64,000 nt of DNA, taken from NCBI RefSeq assembly GCF_001194135.2, contig NC_068981.1, positions 106,991,795-107,055,794 of the forward strand. Direction: 5' to 3'. A model generated the notes under the pieces. The model was not told the DNA's origin and made no database searches. It saw only the letters and a list, made by a program, of their open reading frames with translations. Both the position numbers and the translations under genes were made by a program. Source of the stretch: Octopus bimaculoides. Its lineage: Eukaryota. Below, piece after piece: positions 14,200-25,749 of this stretch (position 1 is the first letter of the stretch; every line of letters starts with the position of its first letter).

Positions 14200-14930
14200 T
14201 TCAATACTCCTGTGCACAAAACCCTACCTATCTACTCCTGACGTAAACGCATCTTAAGTGACCCTTCTGCTGCATTAATATAGACGAGAGAAAACCTCAG
14301 AATATATGGAAAATTCGGGATGGTCATGGTTGGAATGTCGTTGATTGTTAGCTTACTTGATCAGAGTAAGTGTAAGCCTGATCTGCACCAGCCATCACGC
14401 ACACACCAACATTTTCATTTTCCCTTTCCTTTCTATTATTCTCCCTGTCTCTGAGTCGACCTGATTACTATTGTTTTTACAATGTTAAAAATCGTCGTTA
14501 GGAGCATTATTATTTCAAGTGTGGAACAAAAATAAGTTATCTCTCTTTGTCTGGCTTTTGTGACGACAGCAGTCTCACCGTCTTACCTATAAGAGCTGAA
14601 CGACACGTAGATTTTATATCTCAGCCGACTCACACGCTTAGAAAAGAAAAAAAGTGTAAAATATAACAAAAGAGAAAAAAAATCTATATACACGAAATTC
14701 TGTCAATACGTCATTTAGTGCCCACTTATATCAAAGGCGTGTGCTAACTTGCGACACGCTGTACAGTAAAGGCGTTTCTCTCAAACTTAGAATTTGTAGT
14801 TTACATTCTCCGTCCGCAATATTTAATATACACAAACCTGTCCACTACCCCAGCGATCCCCAGAAAGGTTGACAAAGCTTATAAGTTTTGAGGTGCAGAG
14901 TTTTCTCTACGATGCTTTACAAATAACGTG
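14200..14930. promoter_or_regulatory. CpG-enriched, repeat-poor region; candidate bidirectional promoter
   Basis: CG dinucleotides are visibly denser than in the flanks. A minus-strand donor (tag|gtaaga, exon edge 14587) and a plus-strand donor (14928) point away from each other. Confidence 0.45.
14790..14927 (+). other. Candidate non-coding first exon of GALNT (5' end approximate)
   Basis: Lies in a locally CpG-richer region and ends at donor AAC|gtgagt (14928-14933). No transcript evidence. Confidence 0.35.
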
Positions 14931-15174
14931 AGTACATGTGTTTATTGCTGCTGTCACTGCTGCTGCTTTTTGATGCTACCACTACTGTACAACTTATTTA
15001 TTTATTAGAAGAGTATGTAGTGTTACTTAGGAGAAGTTAACGTGGAATACGATGGAATTCAACACCGGAATTCGCATTCTCTCTCACTAGTGAAGAAACT
15101 GTTAGTCTGATATTTTACCTACAGCTTCTATTGCTTTCCTATACACGTTATTTTCGTGTACTTTTCTTTCGTTT

Positions 15175-15211
<37 letters not shown>

Positions 15212-15352
15212 ATTCCATAATTGTAAGTCCGATATTGTTTCGTTTGTGGCTCATCGAGCCGGACATAGCTTCTTTTTGAACTTGTCACCCCTGGAGTTAT
15301 GTATTACACATGCACATACTGCACATACACACTGTATATATACCACTTTTCA

Positions 15353-15440
<88 letters not shown>

Positions 15441-16129
15441 CAACATGGCGAAGGTAAAGAATACGCACGCTCGGTGTTTAGGGTTATTGTTACGCCGAAA
15501 ACGGGTTGCGTGCGTTTTCTTTACCTCCGCCTTCAACATGCACATACACATTTACTTCATACAAACGTGAACACTATATAATTAGTTATGGGGAGAAAAA
15601 AACGTAGTGGTTAAGGTTCCAAATTGTTACATTAAATTAGCATGATTCGTACTCTGTTATTAACATCAGTTCTTCATTTAACATTTTAATGAGCGTTTGT
15701 TTACTTCCTGCAGGGCGATAAGAAATATACATGCACGACATACTGATATTAACATGTTTTCTATGTACACTATATTACTTGCAAGAAACACTTAGGTGCT
15801 GGACCTCGTCCAGCTTTCACCTCAATGCGGTATTTCATTTCTCACATCGCAGTTGCTTGTTCAAATTCTGCCGGTGACAACTTTACGTTTCTTTCTTTCC
15901 TTTTGTCTTTCTTTCTATCTTTCTGTTTGTGTTTCTTCCTGCCTTTTGTTCCCTACCTTTCCGTTTTTTGTCTTTCTTCCTTCCAATAATCAAATTAATT
16001 TTTCGTTAGATTAATATAATATACTGGGATAGATTCAGTACACCATACACTTTGCTCTTCGAACAGAAATATGCTTGTGACTTCTCAGAATTGTTAGAGC
16101 ATCAGAAAAATACTATGTGGCATTCGTCC

Positions 16130-16620
16130 AAGCAATCAAATCCCGCTGAGCTCAACTCCCAACCACATGGTTTCGAGTTCAGCCCCACTGAGTGACACCT
16201 TGAGCAAGTATCTTCGGTCATTTTTCAGATTAACACCCGCACGATCTTCACTAGGGTCAGGGTTTTAGGGTTAGGGTTTGGGTTAGGGAATTCCGCCCCT
16301 AACCGTAACCGTAACCCTAAACAATAACCCTAAAACCCTAACCCCAACACCCTAGTGAAGATCGTACGAGTGTTAATCTGAAAAATTACCGTATCTTCTA
16401 CTATAGCTCCGGGCCTTGTGAGTAAATTTGGTAGACGGAAACGGAAAGACCCGTTTTGTGTGTGTGTGTGTGTGTGTGTGCTCCTTGTCTTGGCATCGTG
16501 TGTTAGTTTTAAATGAATGTCACTGTCACACAAGCACTATCAGGTAGAAAATCTACCTCAGTAAACACTGTCCAATCCAAACAAGCATGGAAAAGTGGGC
16601 GTTAAAATGATGATAATGAT
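16130..16620 (+). mobile_element. SINE (family A head) interrupted by a MITE
   Basis: Head ...cccaaccacatggtttcgagttcagccccactg...gagcaagtatctt resumes after the insertion as tatcttctactatagc...; tail ends (ATG)n-like. Confidence 0.75.
16215..16391. mobile_element. 177-bp MITE with 43-bp TIRs, internal telomere-like repeats and 6-bp TSD (TATCTT)
   Basis: 16215-16257 versus reverse complement of 16349-16391 shows 3 mismatches; TATCTT at 16209-16214 and 16392-16397; TTAGGG-like then CCCTAA-like arrays inside. Confidence 0.85.
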
Positions 16621-16724
16621 TGAAACACATGTATGTATAATTATATATGTGTGTGTACATGTATGTATGAATGATTATGCATATTTATACAGATATAATT
16701 CATTTGTATATATGCTGCCGGTTT

Positions 16725-17060
16725 TTCATAGCAGCAGACACGGCTCTGCAGTTAAGAAGTTTGCTTTGCAAACGCGTGGTTTGGGGTTCAATGCCGCTGG
16801 ACACCTTGGCAATGTGTCCTCTGCTAAAGCCCTAGCCCATCAATCGCTTGTGAGTCTCGTTTATTGAAAATGTGTGGAAGCATGTCGTGTATATATGCAC
16901 ATGTGTATGCGTGTCCCGTGTCCCATACACATAGCTTCACAAACGCTTTTTGGTTTCATTACGTTTCTTTAATTTAGCTGTTGGCGAAAGTCAACAATAG
17001 AATAAATACGAGACTTTAAAAAAATAAGTACTTGTGTTGATTCGAATGCCCTGGCATAGC
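16725..17060 (+). mobile_element. Diverged SINE family A
   Basis: gttaagaagtttgctttgcaaacgcgtggtttggggttcaat...ggacaccttggcaatgtgtcctctgct head, followed by a degenerate body. Confidence 0.55.
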
Positions 17061-17117
17061 CACATTCCAAAGACTGGAACACGTCCAAGATTATATATAT
17101 ATGTGTGTGTGTATATT

Positions 17118-17188
<71 letters not shown>

Positions 17189-17840
17189 GTATTGAGAGAG
17201 AGAGAGAGAGCGCAATAAGAAAATGGAGGGGATCAATAGGTGGTATTCATCAACTTTTAGGCATTATATTATGTCAATTTATTTATTTACGGAAAGGATA
17301 ATTATAACAATATACATACATGTATAACATATCATGCTTTACATATGATATATAAAAATATCAGTAATTATTAAAATATATAACATATAGCAATAGAAAT
17401 TGGGATAATATCTTACCACTGTTTCAGTCCAGAGGCAATAATACCTCTTTCTACTTTTATCCCTCCAGTGGACTGAAGTAATTAGTAGGAGAAATATTGA
17501 GGTACTTGGGTGTTTCTCTAGGCTTCATCAGAGATTTTAGAAAGTACATAAGGTTAAGTTATAAATATAAATACACACACATATACATACATATACCTAC
17601 ACTTAAATGTACATGCATATGCATGTATATGCATACAAATGAATCAATTATTATTATTAGTAGTAGTAGTAGTAGTATTAGATGCATTATATTATTCATA
17701 GTAGATAAAATATAAACAGAGGTGTGAGAAAGTTATTATAAGAGGAGTAATATTGTAATTTATGAAATCTATATATCTTAAGATTATTTTAGTTATGTAA
17801 GAATGAAACTATATACATGAGGAATACATACACATACATA

Positions 17841-18740
17841 CAGTGGGGGGAAATAAATATTCGTACATGTCAAAATTCTTTATTTATTTAATTTCTAATG
17901 AACATAAATGGGATTTACCAATACTATATTTGCATACGCATGCATAAACTAAGAATATGCAAAAGAAACAAATAAATGATAGTAACTAATGAATCTATAT
18001 ACAATTATAAATATTTAGGGGTGAAAAAAGTATTCGTACAGAATAAATTTATGATTTTTCTATGCCACAAAATACTGTTAAAATAATTTTTTTTAACTAG
18101 AACTTTCTCGTTTGTTCCAATAATCTTATCAATAGTCATTTTTAAGTGTCAAAACACTAGCTTCTTCATTTAGTACTGAGACAATATAAAGTTGTGTCGT
18201 AATAATGGCGAAAAGTAAAGAACTCACAAATTCAGTGAAAAACTTAATTATTGAACAGTGGAAAGCAGGTAAAAGTTACAGGAAAATATCAGAGACCCTT
18301 TGTATTCCATTTTCTACCATATCTTCATTTATTCAAAGATATAAAAAAAATCAGGAATTGTTGAAAACAGAATAAGATCCGGTGCACCACACCAGATTTC
18401 CCCTAGATCTTTAAGAAAAATGAAGTGAACAATGGAAAAAAAACGCAATGATCACCAGAAAGAAGTTGCAAGATTTGTTAGCTTCAGGAACTAGTGTTAC
18501 ACTACAAGCAATCAGCAATGAACTTCATAGGAATGAACTGAAGTCATGCTCTCCTAGAAAAACTCCGCTGTTGACTAAAAGGCATAGAGAGGCCCGTTTA
18601 AAATTTGTTTATGAACATAAAGATAAATCTGATACATTGAGAAAATGTTCTGTGGACAGACGAGTCAAAAATTGAATTGTTTTAGGACAAAATTCACAAG
18701 GTCATGTTTGGAAGAAAGATGGTACAGCCTATTTTCCGAA
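17841..18740 (+). mobile_element. Tc1-family transposon 5' half with a decayed transposase starting at 18205
   Basis: TA|CAGTGGGGGGAAATAAATATTCG terminus. The ORF reads MAKSKELTNSVKNLIIEQWKAGKSYRKISETLCIPFSTISSFIQRYKK (paired-like HTH), then with frameshifts and stops ...SPRKTPLLTKRHREARLKF...VLWTDESKIELF (first catalytic Asp). Truncated by an RTE 3' piece. Confidence 0.9.
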
Positions 18741-19070
18741 AGCGAAATCGGGATAGCACCTGTGCCCAGCATCGCCTTTCTGGCACTTGTGCCTGTGACA
18801 TGTGTAAGGATTTTCGAGCGAGATCGTTGCCAGTGCCCCTGGACTGGCTCTTGTGCGGGTGGCACATAAAATACACCATTTTGAGCGTGGCTGTTGCCAG
18901 TACCGCCTGACTAGCCCTTGTGCCGGTAGCATGTAAAAGCACCCACTACACTCTCTGTGTGGTTGGCGTTAGGAAGGGCATCCAGCTGTAGAAACTCTGC
19001 CAAATCAGATTGGAGCCTGGTGTTGCCATCTGGTTTCACCAGTCCTCAGTCAAATCGTCCAACCCATGCT
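18741..19070 (+). mobile_element. RTE-type LINE 3' UTR fragment
   Basis: taaaagcacccactacactct...ggttggcgttaggaagggcatccagctgtagaaactctgcc matches the reverse complement of 31078-31270, which is linked to RTE-like sequence. Confidence 0.75.
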
Positions 19071-19209
19071 AGCATGGGTTGGACGATTTGACTGAGGACT
19101 GGTGAAACCAGATGGCAACACCAGGCTCCAATCTGATTTGGCAGAGTTTCTACAGCTGGATGCCCTTCCTAACGCCAACCACACAGAGAGTGTAGTGGGT
19201 GCTTTTACA

Positions 19210-19774
19210 NNNNNNNNNNNNNNNNNNNNNNNNNNNNNNNNNNNNNNNNNNNNNNNNNNNNNNNNNNNNNNNNNNNNNNNNNNNNNNNNNNNNNNNNNNN
19301 NNNNNNNNNNNNNNNNNNNNNNNNNNNNNNNNNNNNNNNNNNNNNNNNNNNNNNNNNNNNNNNNNNNNNNNNNNNNNNNNNNNNNNNNNNNNNNNNNNNN
19401 NNNNNNNNNNNNNNNNNNNNNNNNNNNNNNNNNNNNNNNNNNNNNNNNNNNNNNNNNNNNNNNNNNNNNNNNNNNNNNNNNNNNNNNNNNNNNNNNNNNN
19501 NNNNNNNNNNNNNNNNNNNNNNNNNNNNNNNNNNNNNNNNNNNNNNNNNNNNNNNNNNNNNNNNNNNNNNNNNNNNNNNNNNNNNNNNNNNNNNNNNNNN
19601 NNNNNNNNNNNNNNNNNNNNNNNNNNNNNNNNNNNNNNNNNNNNNNNNNNNNNNNNNNNNNNNNNNNNNNNNNNNNNNNNNNNNNNNNNNNNNNNNNNNN
19701 NNNNNNNNNNNNNNNNNNNNNNNNNNNNNNNNNNNNNNNNNNNNNNNNNNNNNNNNNNNNNNNNNNNNNNNNNN
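19210..19774. other. Assembly gap
   Basis: N run. Confidence 1.
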
Positions 19775-20394
19775 TATATATATATATATATATATATTTC
19801 CATACAAACATACTCATAGGTACATACATATTAGATGTGTTTAGAAGGGAGGATTAATGCAGTAGTTCATATCATTATAATTATATAATATACAGTAGAT
19901 AATTTTTTTATTCCACAACGTATTTGTAGTGGCTTCATGCAGACATAGCATGAATTCAATCCTTGATTGCCAAATTTCACTTGACACTTCAACACCGCTT
20001 TTCTCACAGTAAAGCAATAGTTTTTCTGTGAATACCAACAGTCGTGTATTTCTCCAGATGCCTTCGTTAAACAGAATAATGTCTTTCCTTCTTGCCAGCC
20101 TCAGACAACATCTCTCACCAACCTCGGACGATTTTTCACGCCAACCTCCAAAAGCCTCTCTTGCAATCTCTTCAACAATCTCTTCCTCCTCCAACTGACA
20201 GTTTTATGTACTTTTTCATGAAGTAAAATACACCTTTTGTGGCAGTTATAATGAAATTACTTTCTTATATCAGAGTAATAGGGCATTTCAATAGAACATC
20301 TTCACCCCACGGGAATTACCGGATACACCAGCTAGTATTTCTATATATATACGTATTTATATCTATATTTATTTATATATATATATATATATAT

Positions 20395-20723
20395 NNNNNN
20401 NNNNNNNNNNNNNNNNNNNNNNNNNNNNNNNNNNNNNNNNNNNNNNNNNNNNNNNNNNNNNNNNNNNNNNNNNNNNNNNNNNNNNNNNNNNNNNNNNNNN
20501 NNNNNNNNNNNNNNNNNNNNNNNNNNNNNNNNNNNNNNNNNNNNNNNNNNNNNNNNNNNNNNNNNNNNNNNNNNNNNNNNNNNNNNNNNNNNNNNNNNNN
20601 NNNNNNNNNNNNNNNNNNNNNNNNNNNNNNNNNNNNNNNNNNNNNNNNNNNNNNNNNNNNNNNNNNNNNNNNNNNNNNNNNNNNNNNNNNNNNNNNNNNN
20701 NNNNNNNNNNNNNNNNNNNNNNN
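20395..20723. other. Assembly gap
   Basis: N run. Confidence 1.
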
Positions 20724-22350
20724 AAACAATCGCGCACGAATGGTGCTTTTTTACGTGCCACCAGCACGAGGGCCAGGCTGGCGGTACTGGCAACAACCAC
20801 GCTCCAATGGTATTTTTTATGTGCCACCTACACAGGAGTCCGCCAAAGTTTTTTTCACATGCCACCGGCACAAGTGCCAGTAAGGCAAAGCTGGAAACAA
20901 TCGCGCACGAATGGTGCTTTTTTACGTGCCATCGGCACAGGAGCGAGACCGCTGCCCTGGCAGTGATCCTGCTCGGATGGTGCTGTTAGCGTTCCACTGG
21001 CACGGGTGCCAGTCATCAAATTTACTTCAGTTTCATCTCACTTTCTCCAACAGGTCTTCACAAGCTGACTTTAGTGTCCAATGAGGGTAGGGTGGCATGG
21101 GTGCCAGTCATCAAATTTTGTTCAATTTCGATTTCAATTTCACTTGTTTCAACAGGTCTTCGCAAGCAGGGTTTTGTGTCCAAAGAAGGAAAGGTACGCA
21201 TAGGTGGGCTGGCCACACCCTTTGTAAAGGCCACGGGTTATGGTCTCACTAGTCCTTGCTTCCACACCTGAAACTTCTCCTCTAGTTCTGATAGTGACTC
21301 AGCAATTAGGGCAAGGTCATCAGCGTAGAGGAGCTCCCAAGGGCATCCCGTCTTGAATTCCTGTGTTATTGCCTGGAGGACTATAAATAGGAGGGGGCTG
21401 ATTACTGAACCTTGGTGGACCCCTACCTCTACCCGTAATTCTTCACTGTACTCGTTGCCAACCCTTACCTTTCTGACAGCGTCCTTGTACATGGCTTGCA
21501 CAGCTCTCACTAACCACTCATCTAGCCCTAGTTTCCTCGTTGACCACCAGATAAGGGTGTGCAATGAGGAGGGAACCAGACTGCTGGAGTTCTGTGATGC
21601 AAATGATCTTATGGTTTGCAATATCAACTTCAGGAAACCAGCCTTTCACCTAGTCACCTACCATTCCGGCAGACACACTAGCCAAATCGACTACATCCTC
21701 GCCAGAAATAGGGAAAGAGGACTGCTTATAAATGCCAAAACCTTTCCTGGCAAAGAATGTACCCCTCAACACAGATTAGTAGTTAGTGACTTCGGGATCA
21801 AGGCAAAATGGATGCCCAGATGTAGACCAGCTTGGAGGAGAAGGCTTTGGAAGCTTATAGATCCTGCAAATGGACAGAGATTTAGAAATGTGTTACTCAA
21901 AGCATTTGACGAAATAGAAGGGGATATAGCATCACACAACGTGGAAGACAATTGGAGGTTTCTATGGGACAACCTGATGAGAGCCACTGACCAGATCTGT
22001 GACTGGTGCAAAGTCCCCTCTCGACCCAGAGTAACGTGGTGGTGGAACAATGTGGTTGACAGGGTTATTAGTCAAAAGAAACAGGCTTGGAAGGACTGGA
22101 AGAATGGAGGTAGCAGGGAATTGTATCAGACTGCCAAAAGGGAAGCTAGGAGACAGGTTTACTTAGCAAGAGGGGAAGCAGATAAGAAGAAATTTGCCAA
22201 TGTTCTGCACCGTGAGGACCAAAGACTTGAAGTATTTCGTGTTGCAAGACAGTGTGTGAGAGAGAATCATGATCTCGTAGGAGAGAAATGTGTCCGCTTA
22301 GATGATGGCTCACTTGCACTAAACGAGGCTGCAAAGAGAGAGGTCTGGAG
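20724..22350 (-). mobile_element. Rearranged RTE LINE: 3' UTR and RT fragment on -, inverted APE-endonuclease/linker segment on +
   Basis: Minus ORF: LIWWSTRKLGLDEWLVRAVQAMY...GVHQGSVISPLLF...WELLYADDLALIAES (RT). Plus ORF from ~21553: NEEGTRLLEFCDANDLMVCN...SQIDYIL...QHRLVVSDF (APE C-terminus). Confidence 0.92.
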
Positions 22351-22994
22351 ACTCCAATTTATGTATATATATTTGCTCACTTTCCTTCCACTTTACACTT
22401 CACTGTGTCCCTGTCATTTTTTCTCGCCCCTCCTTAATTCTTTTGTCCCTCTGCCTCTACCTCTCTCTTCTCTTCCCACGTGACAGGTGTTCGGCCAAAT
22501 CTGACCTGTCTTTCTTGTCCAGCCGTTGTGCATGCAACATCGTTATTCCTCCCTGTACGTGTGAAATCTTGTATCCTTGGTGTGAGACCTTATTTCCATA
22601 CACGCCAGCTTAATTTGATTCGTCCTTAGTCGAAAGACATCTGTTGTTATGTCCTGTTATTATTCTTACTGTATTTATGTAACATTGGTCGTTTCTTTCT
22701 GTCCTTGTTTTTGTATACATTCGCTGCTTTCTTCCAAGGAATCTAATTCTCTTAGCTTTGTTTTTCCTTGGAGCTGGCCAGATTGGAGCAATATCGAGAA
22801 TAACCAGCCAAAATTGCAAGAATAATCTGGATCCCACCTGAAGAGACTAAACTCCGAATGACCTGTCCATGTTTTCTTTGTATCTTCTATCTGTATGTTT
22901 TGTCCCTTTCTTGTATCACATAACTGTCTGGATGTTTTGCGTTCGGGTCCCATTCTGTATTATATATATATATGTATATATTTATATATATATA

Positions 22995-23565
22995 AAGCAG
23001 GAGGGTAAATTTGATGATAGCCTCATACGCATAGAGAGGTCTTGACAAATTTGGACCAACACATCAATATACTTTTCCTAGGTGACTTTAACCTCCCAAA
23101 TGTTAAATGGCCTGAAGGTCACATCCTCTCTGAGATGTCAATGCATGAACACAGCCACGCAAAATCTTTGTTAGAACTCTCCAACATGCTGTTCATGGAA
23201 CAATTGATACTCCAACCTACTTCCTGAAGGGTAGAAGTCAGACAGTTGCAGCCAATGGAGAATTATCTAGGGAAACGCAAATATTGAGCGGTGTTCGACA
23301 AGGAACTGTCCTGGGGCCACTACTGTTCATAGTAGCCCTTCTGAACTTCATGGTCACTCGGACAGCCATTGTCACTAGCTATGCTGATGACACAAAACTG
23401 TCTCAGGCAATAAAGAATCCTGATGATGTCATAAGCCTGCAGAATGACCTAAATGCAATATACAAGTGGGCAGAGCAAAATAATGTGCGGTTCAATGCTA
23501 AAAAATTTCAAGTACTGCGCTACAAGGCCACAAGTGCCCACCAACTGTCATACACAGGACCTGCA
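22995..23565 (+). mobile_element. Internally deleted CR1/L2-type LINE
   Basis: APE motif ILFLGDFNLPNVKW is followed, after a deletion, by RT motifs SGVRQGTVLGPLLF and SYADDTKL...LQNDLNAIYKWAEQN. Confidence 0.85.
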
Positions 23566-23638
23566 GTATATGTATATATATATATATTTATATATTAATA
23601 GCCCACGCTCTTAACCCCGACGTTATATGCCCATGGTC

Positions 23639-23960
23639 ATATGGCGTAGTGGTTAAGAGTACAGGCTACTAGCCCCATGATTCCAAGTTCAATTCCAGTG
23701 ACCTGAATAGGGCATATGGCACAGTGGTTAAGAGCGTGGGCCACTAACCCCAAGATTCTGAGTTTGGTTCCAGGCAGTGATCTGAATAATAATAATAATA
23801 ATAATAAAATCAAATAATATCTTAGGAATGAACCCAGGTTCGAAATTTCCCCCAAGACACCTGATGAAGGATGGAAGGCATATCAGCCGAAATGTTGTTA
23901 ACAACAAAGAAGATGAGGACAAGTATCCATCAAATATAAGTAATTTAGATAATGTACATA
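23639..23960 (+). mobile_element. Element with two tandem tRNA-like heads, (AAT)n and a decayed hammerhead-ribozyme-like motif (Penelope/retrozyme-like)
   Basis: tatggcgtagtggttaagag...gttcaattcc and tatggcacagtggttaagag...gtttggttcc heads; CTGATGA...GAAA core at 23861-23892. Confidence 0.6.
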
Positions 23961-24220
23961 ATTCCTGTTCTCTTAAATTTAGAACTGTATTAAACAATCG
24001 TATCATTGGAATCTTGAAGTTACAAGATAATGCATAAGTAAATAAACATTACATTTGACAGTAATCTAAATGCTGAAAGGTTAAGTAAAGTCATAAAACT
24101 ATTTTTGTTTTGTTTTTTGTCTTGTGACAATATCTTGTCAAGAAATAAAATGAAAATCAGCAAAATACTGAAGTCGAGTTTCACCTCCCTTACAAAACAT
24201 AGGAAAGAAACAATATTTAA

Positions 24221-24439
24221 CGTTTTAGAATTTAAACCAGCCATATCCAGCCCAAATATTCTACCTGTTTTATGTTCAGACCAGACAGATCTGGCCTCTC
24301 ACATGTACCCTACAATAACATTCTAGAAGAACACCATCACATCATTCAAATCTTAAAGGTGCAAGATAATGCATAATTAATTTATAACCTCGTGAATAAA
24401 TAAGCATTACATTGAGAAAGTAATTTGAATACTAAAGGG
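24221..24439 (+). mobile_element. ~210-bp MITE with TTAA-flanked (C)CCTTT...AAAGGG termini (piggyBac-like)
   Basis: TTAA at 24217-24220 and 24440-24443; homologous copies at 30436-30643, 33236-33441 (inverted) and 49805-50024, plus a partial copy at ~23990-24078. Confidence 0.75.
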
Positions 24440-24468
24440 TTAACATTACTCATTTTTATTCAGCAGAA

Positions 24469-24516
<48 letters not shown>

Positions 24517-25749
24517 ACCCCTCTCTAATTTGAAAATAATTCAATGTTATAATCCTCACTTCATCATCTATGCAGATCTGTGATAAACAGATGATGATCC
24601 AATTACTGGAGTCCAGAGTTACACAATTTGAGATGTGTTTGTTTGTGAAAGAGAGTAATAATTACTTGATGGTTGTTGTCAGATGAAATATGGGAAATTC
24701 TGTAGCTGATAGTTGCCAGTTGTTTATACCAAGGTCAGCTCTGATTGAATAGGCCAGTTATAGATGTTCCAGCTTTGACCATTCAGTTTTTTTTTAAACA
24801 TGCTTTTTCTTGGACCACATTATCCAATGTCACCCTCTGCTTTTAAGAGATTATAAGATGTGTTTTTGAAGGGATTCAGCTTCTATTTCTAGCAGGTTGT
24901 GTATCTCAGACCACATTATCCAAAGTCACCCTCTGCTTTGAAACCTGTCGGATGGGATTTTAAAGAGATTTGGCTTCTATTTCTAGCAGGTTAAATGACC
25001 ATTTACTAGCTCCTTTGTTAGTATAGGTGTTCAGGAACCAAATATGATTTTGTTGTGTCGTGGTGTCATTGAAATTTAATCAATGGTAATTTAAAATTTC
25101 TTTCTCCTTTATAAGTAGCAGTAATGCACTGAGATCAAACAAATCTACCTCTGTTTACAAAAGAAACTATATAAAGTGCAGCTGCTGTAAATCAATTTCT
25201 TGATTTTTGAGTAAATTAAGTAAGCTGTCTTTTGATCAGTTTAACAAAATTCCTACTTTTATTCTTGTTTATTTTTATTATGTCTTACATGAGAAGCAGA
25301 GGCAGTGTCCACAACCTTTGTTGCCCCTCAAATGTTGATGTGATCACTTCAGCTATCATAACATTTTTAACATCTGTAAGCAAGAATGAATTTTAGGGTG
25401 TGGAATCTCTGAGAAGGAAAGATTAGGTAAAGTGGTTTGTGCCAGATCTAAGGGTATGAGGCACAGTAGGGTTGACAAGAGAGGGAAAGATGGGTATGTT
25501 GGGAGAGCTCCAAGATAGACTGTGTTGGTGAGTGAAATTTAGCTAATTAGATGACTTTCAGATGTGATCTGAGATTTGTGTGCGTGATGCTACTTTTGAG
25601 GTGGTGTTTGTGTTTACGTCTCACCACTTAATAACTTGTGTTAATTTGTTTCTATCATCTTAACTTAGTGGTTCAGCTTAAAAAGAGACTGATAGAAAAA
25701 GTGGTAGACTTAATATAAGTACTGGGGTTGATTTGATGAACTAAAACCC

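Noticed and set aside
15445-15453. caacATGGCGAAG|gtaaag as an alternative coding first exon
   Set aside because: If spliced to 31799 it stops after about 13 codons, and it sits beside a microsatellite; at most a uORF.
8959-20883. Long ORFs in the track that span N runs
   Set aside because: Artefacts of translating assembly gaps and (TA)n.
21353-22483. 376-aa plus-strand ORF as a host gene
   Set aside because: Chimera of antisense RT and RTE endonuclease/linker created by the inversion junction.
22841-22870. CTGAAGA...CGAA as a second hammerhead
   Set aside because: Stem II does not pair and the GAAA core is broken.
23639-23785. tRNA genes
   Set aside because: Only A/B-box-like heads, with no complete cloverleaf or acceptor stem; these are element heads.
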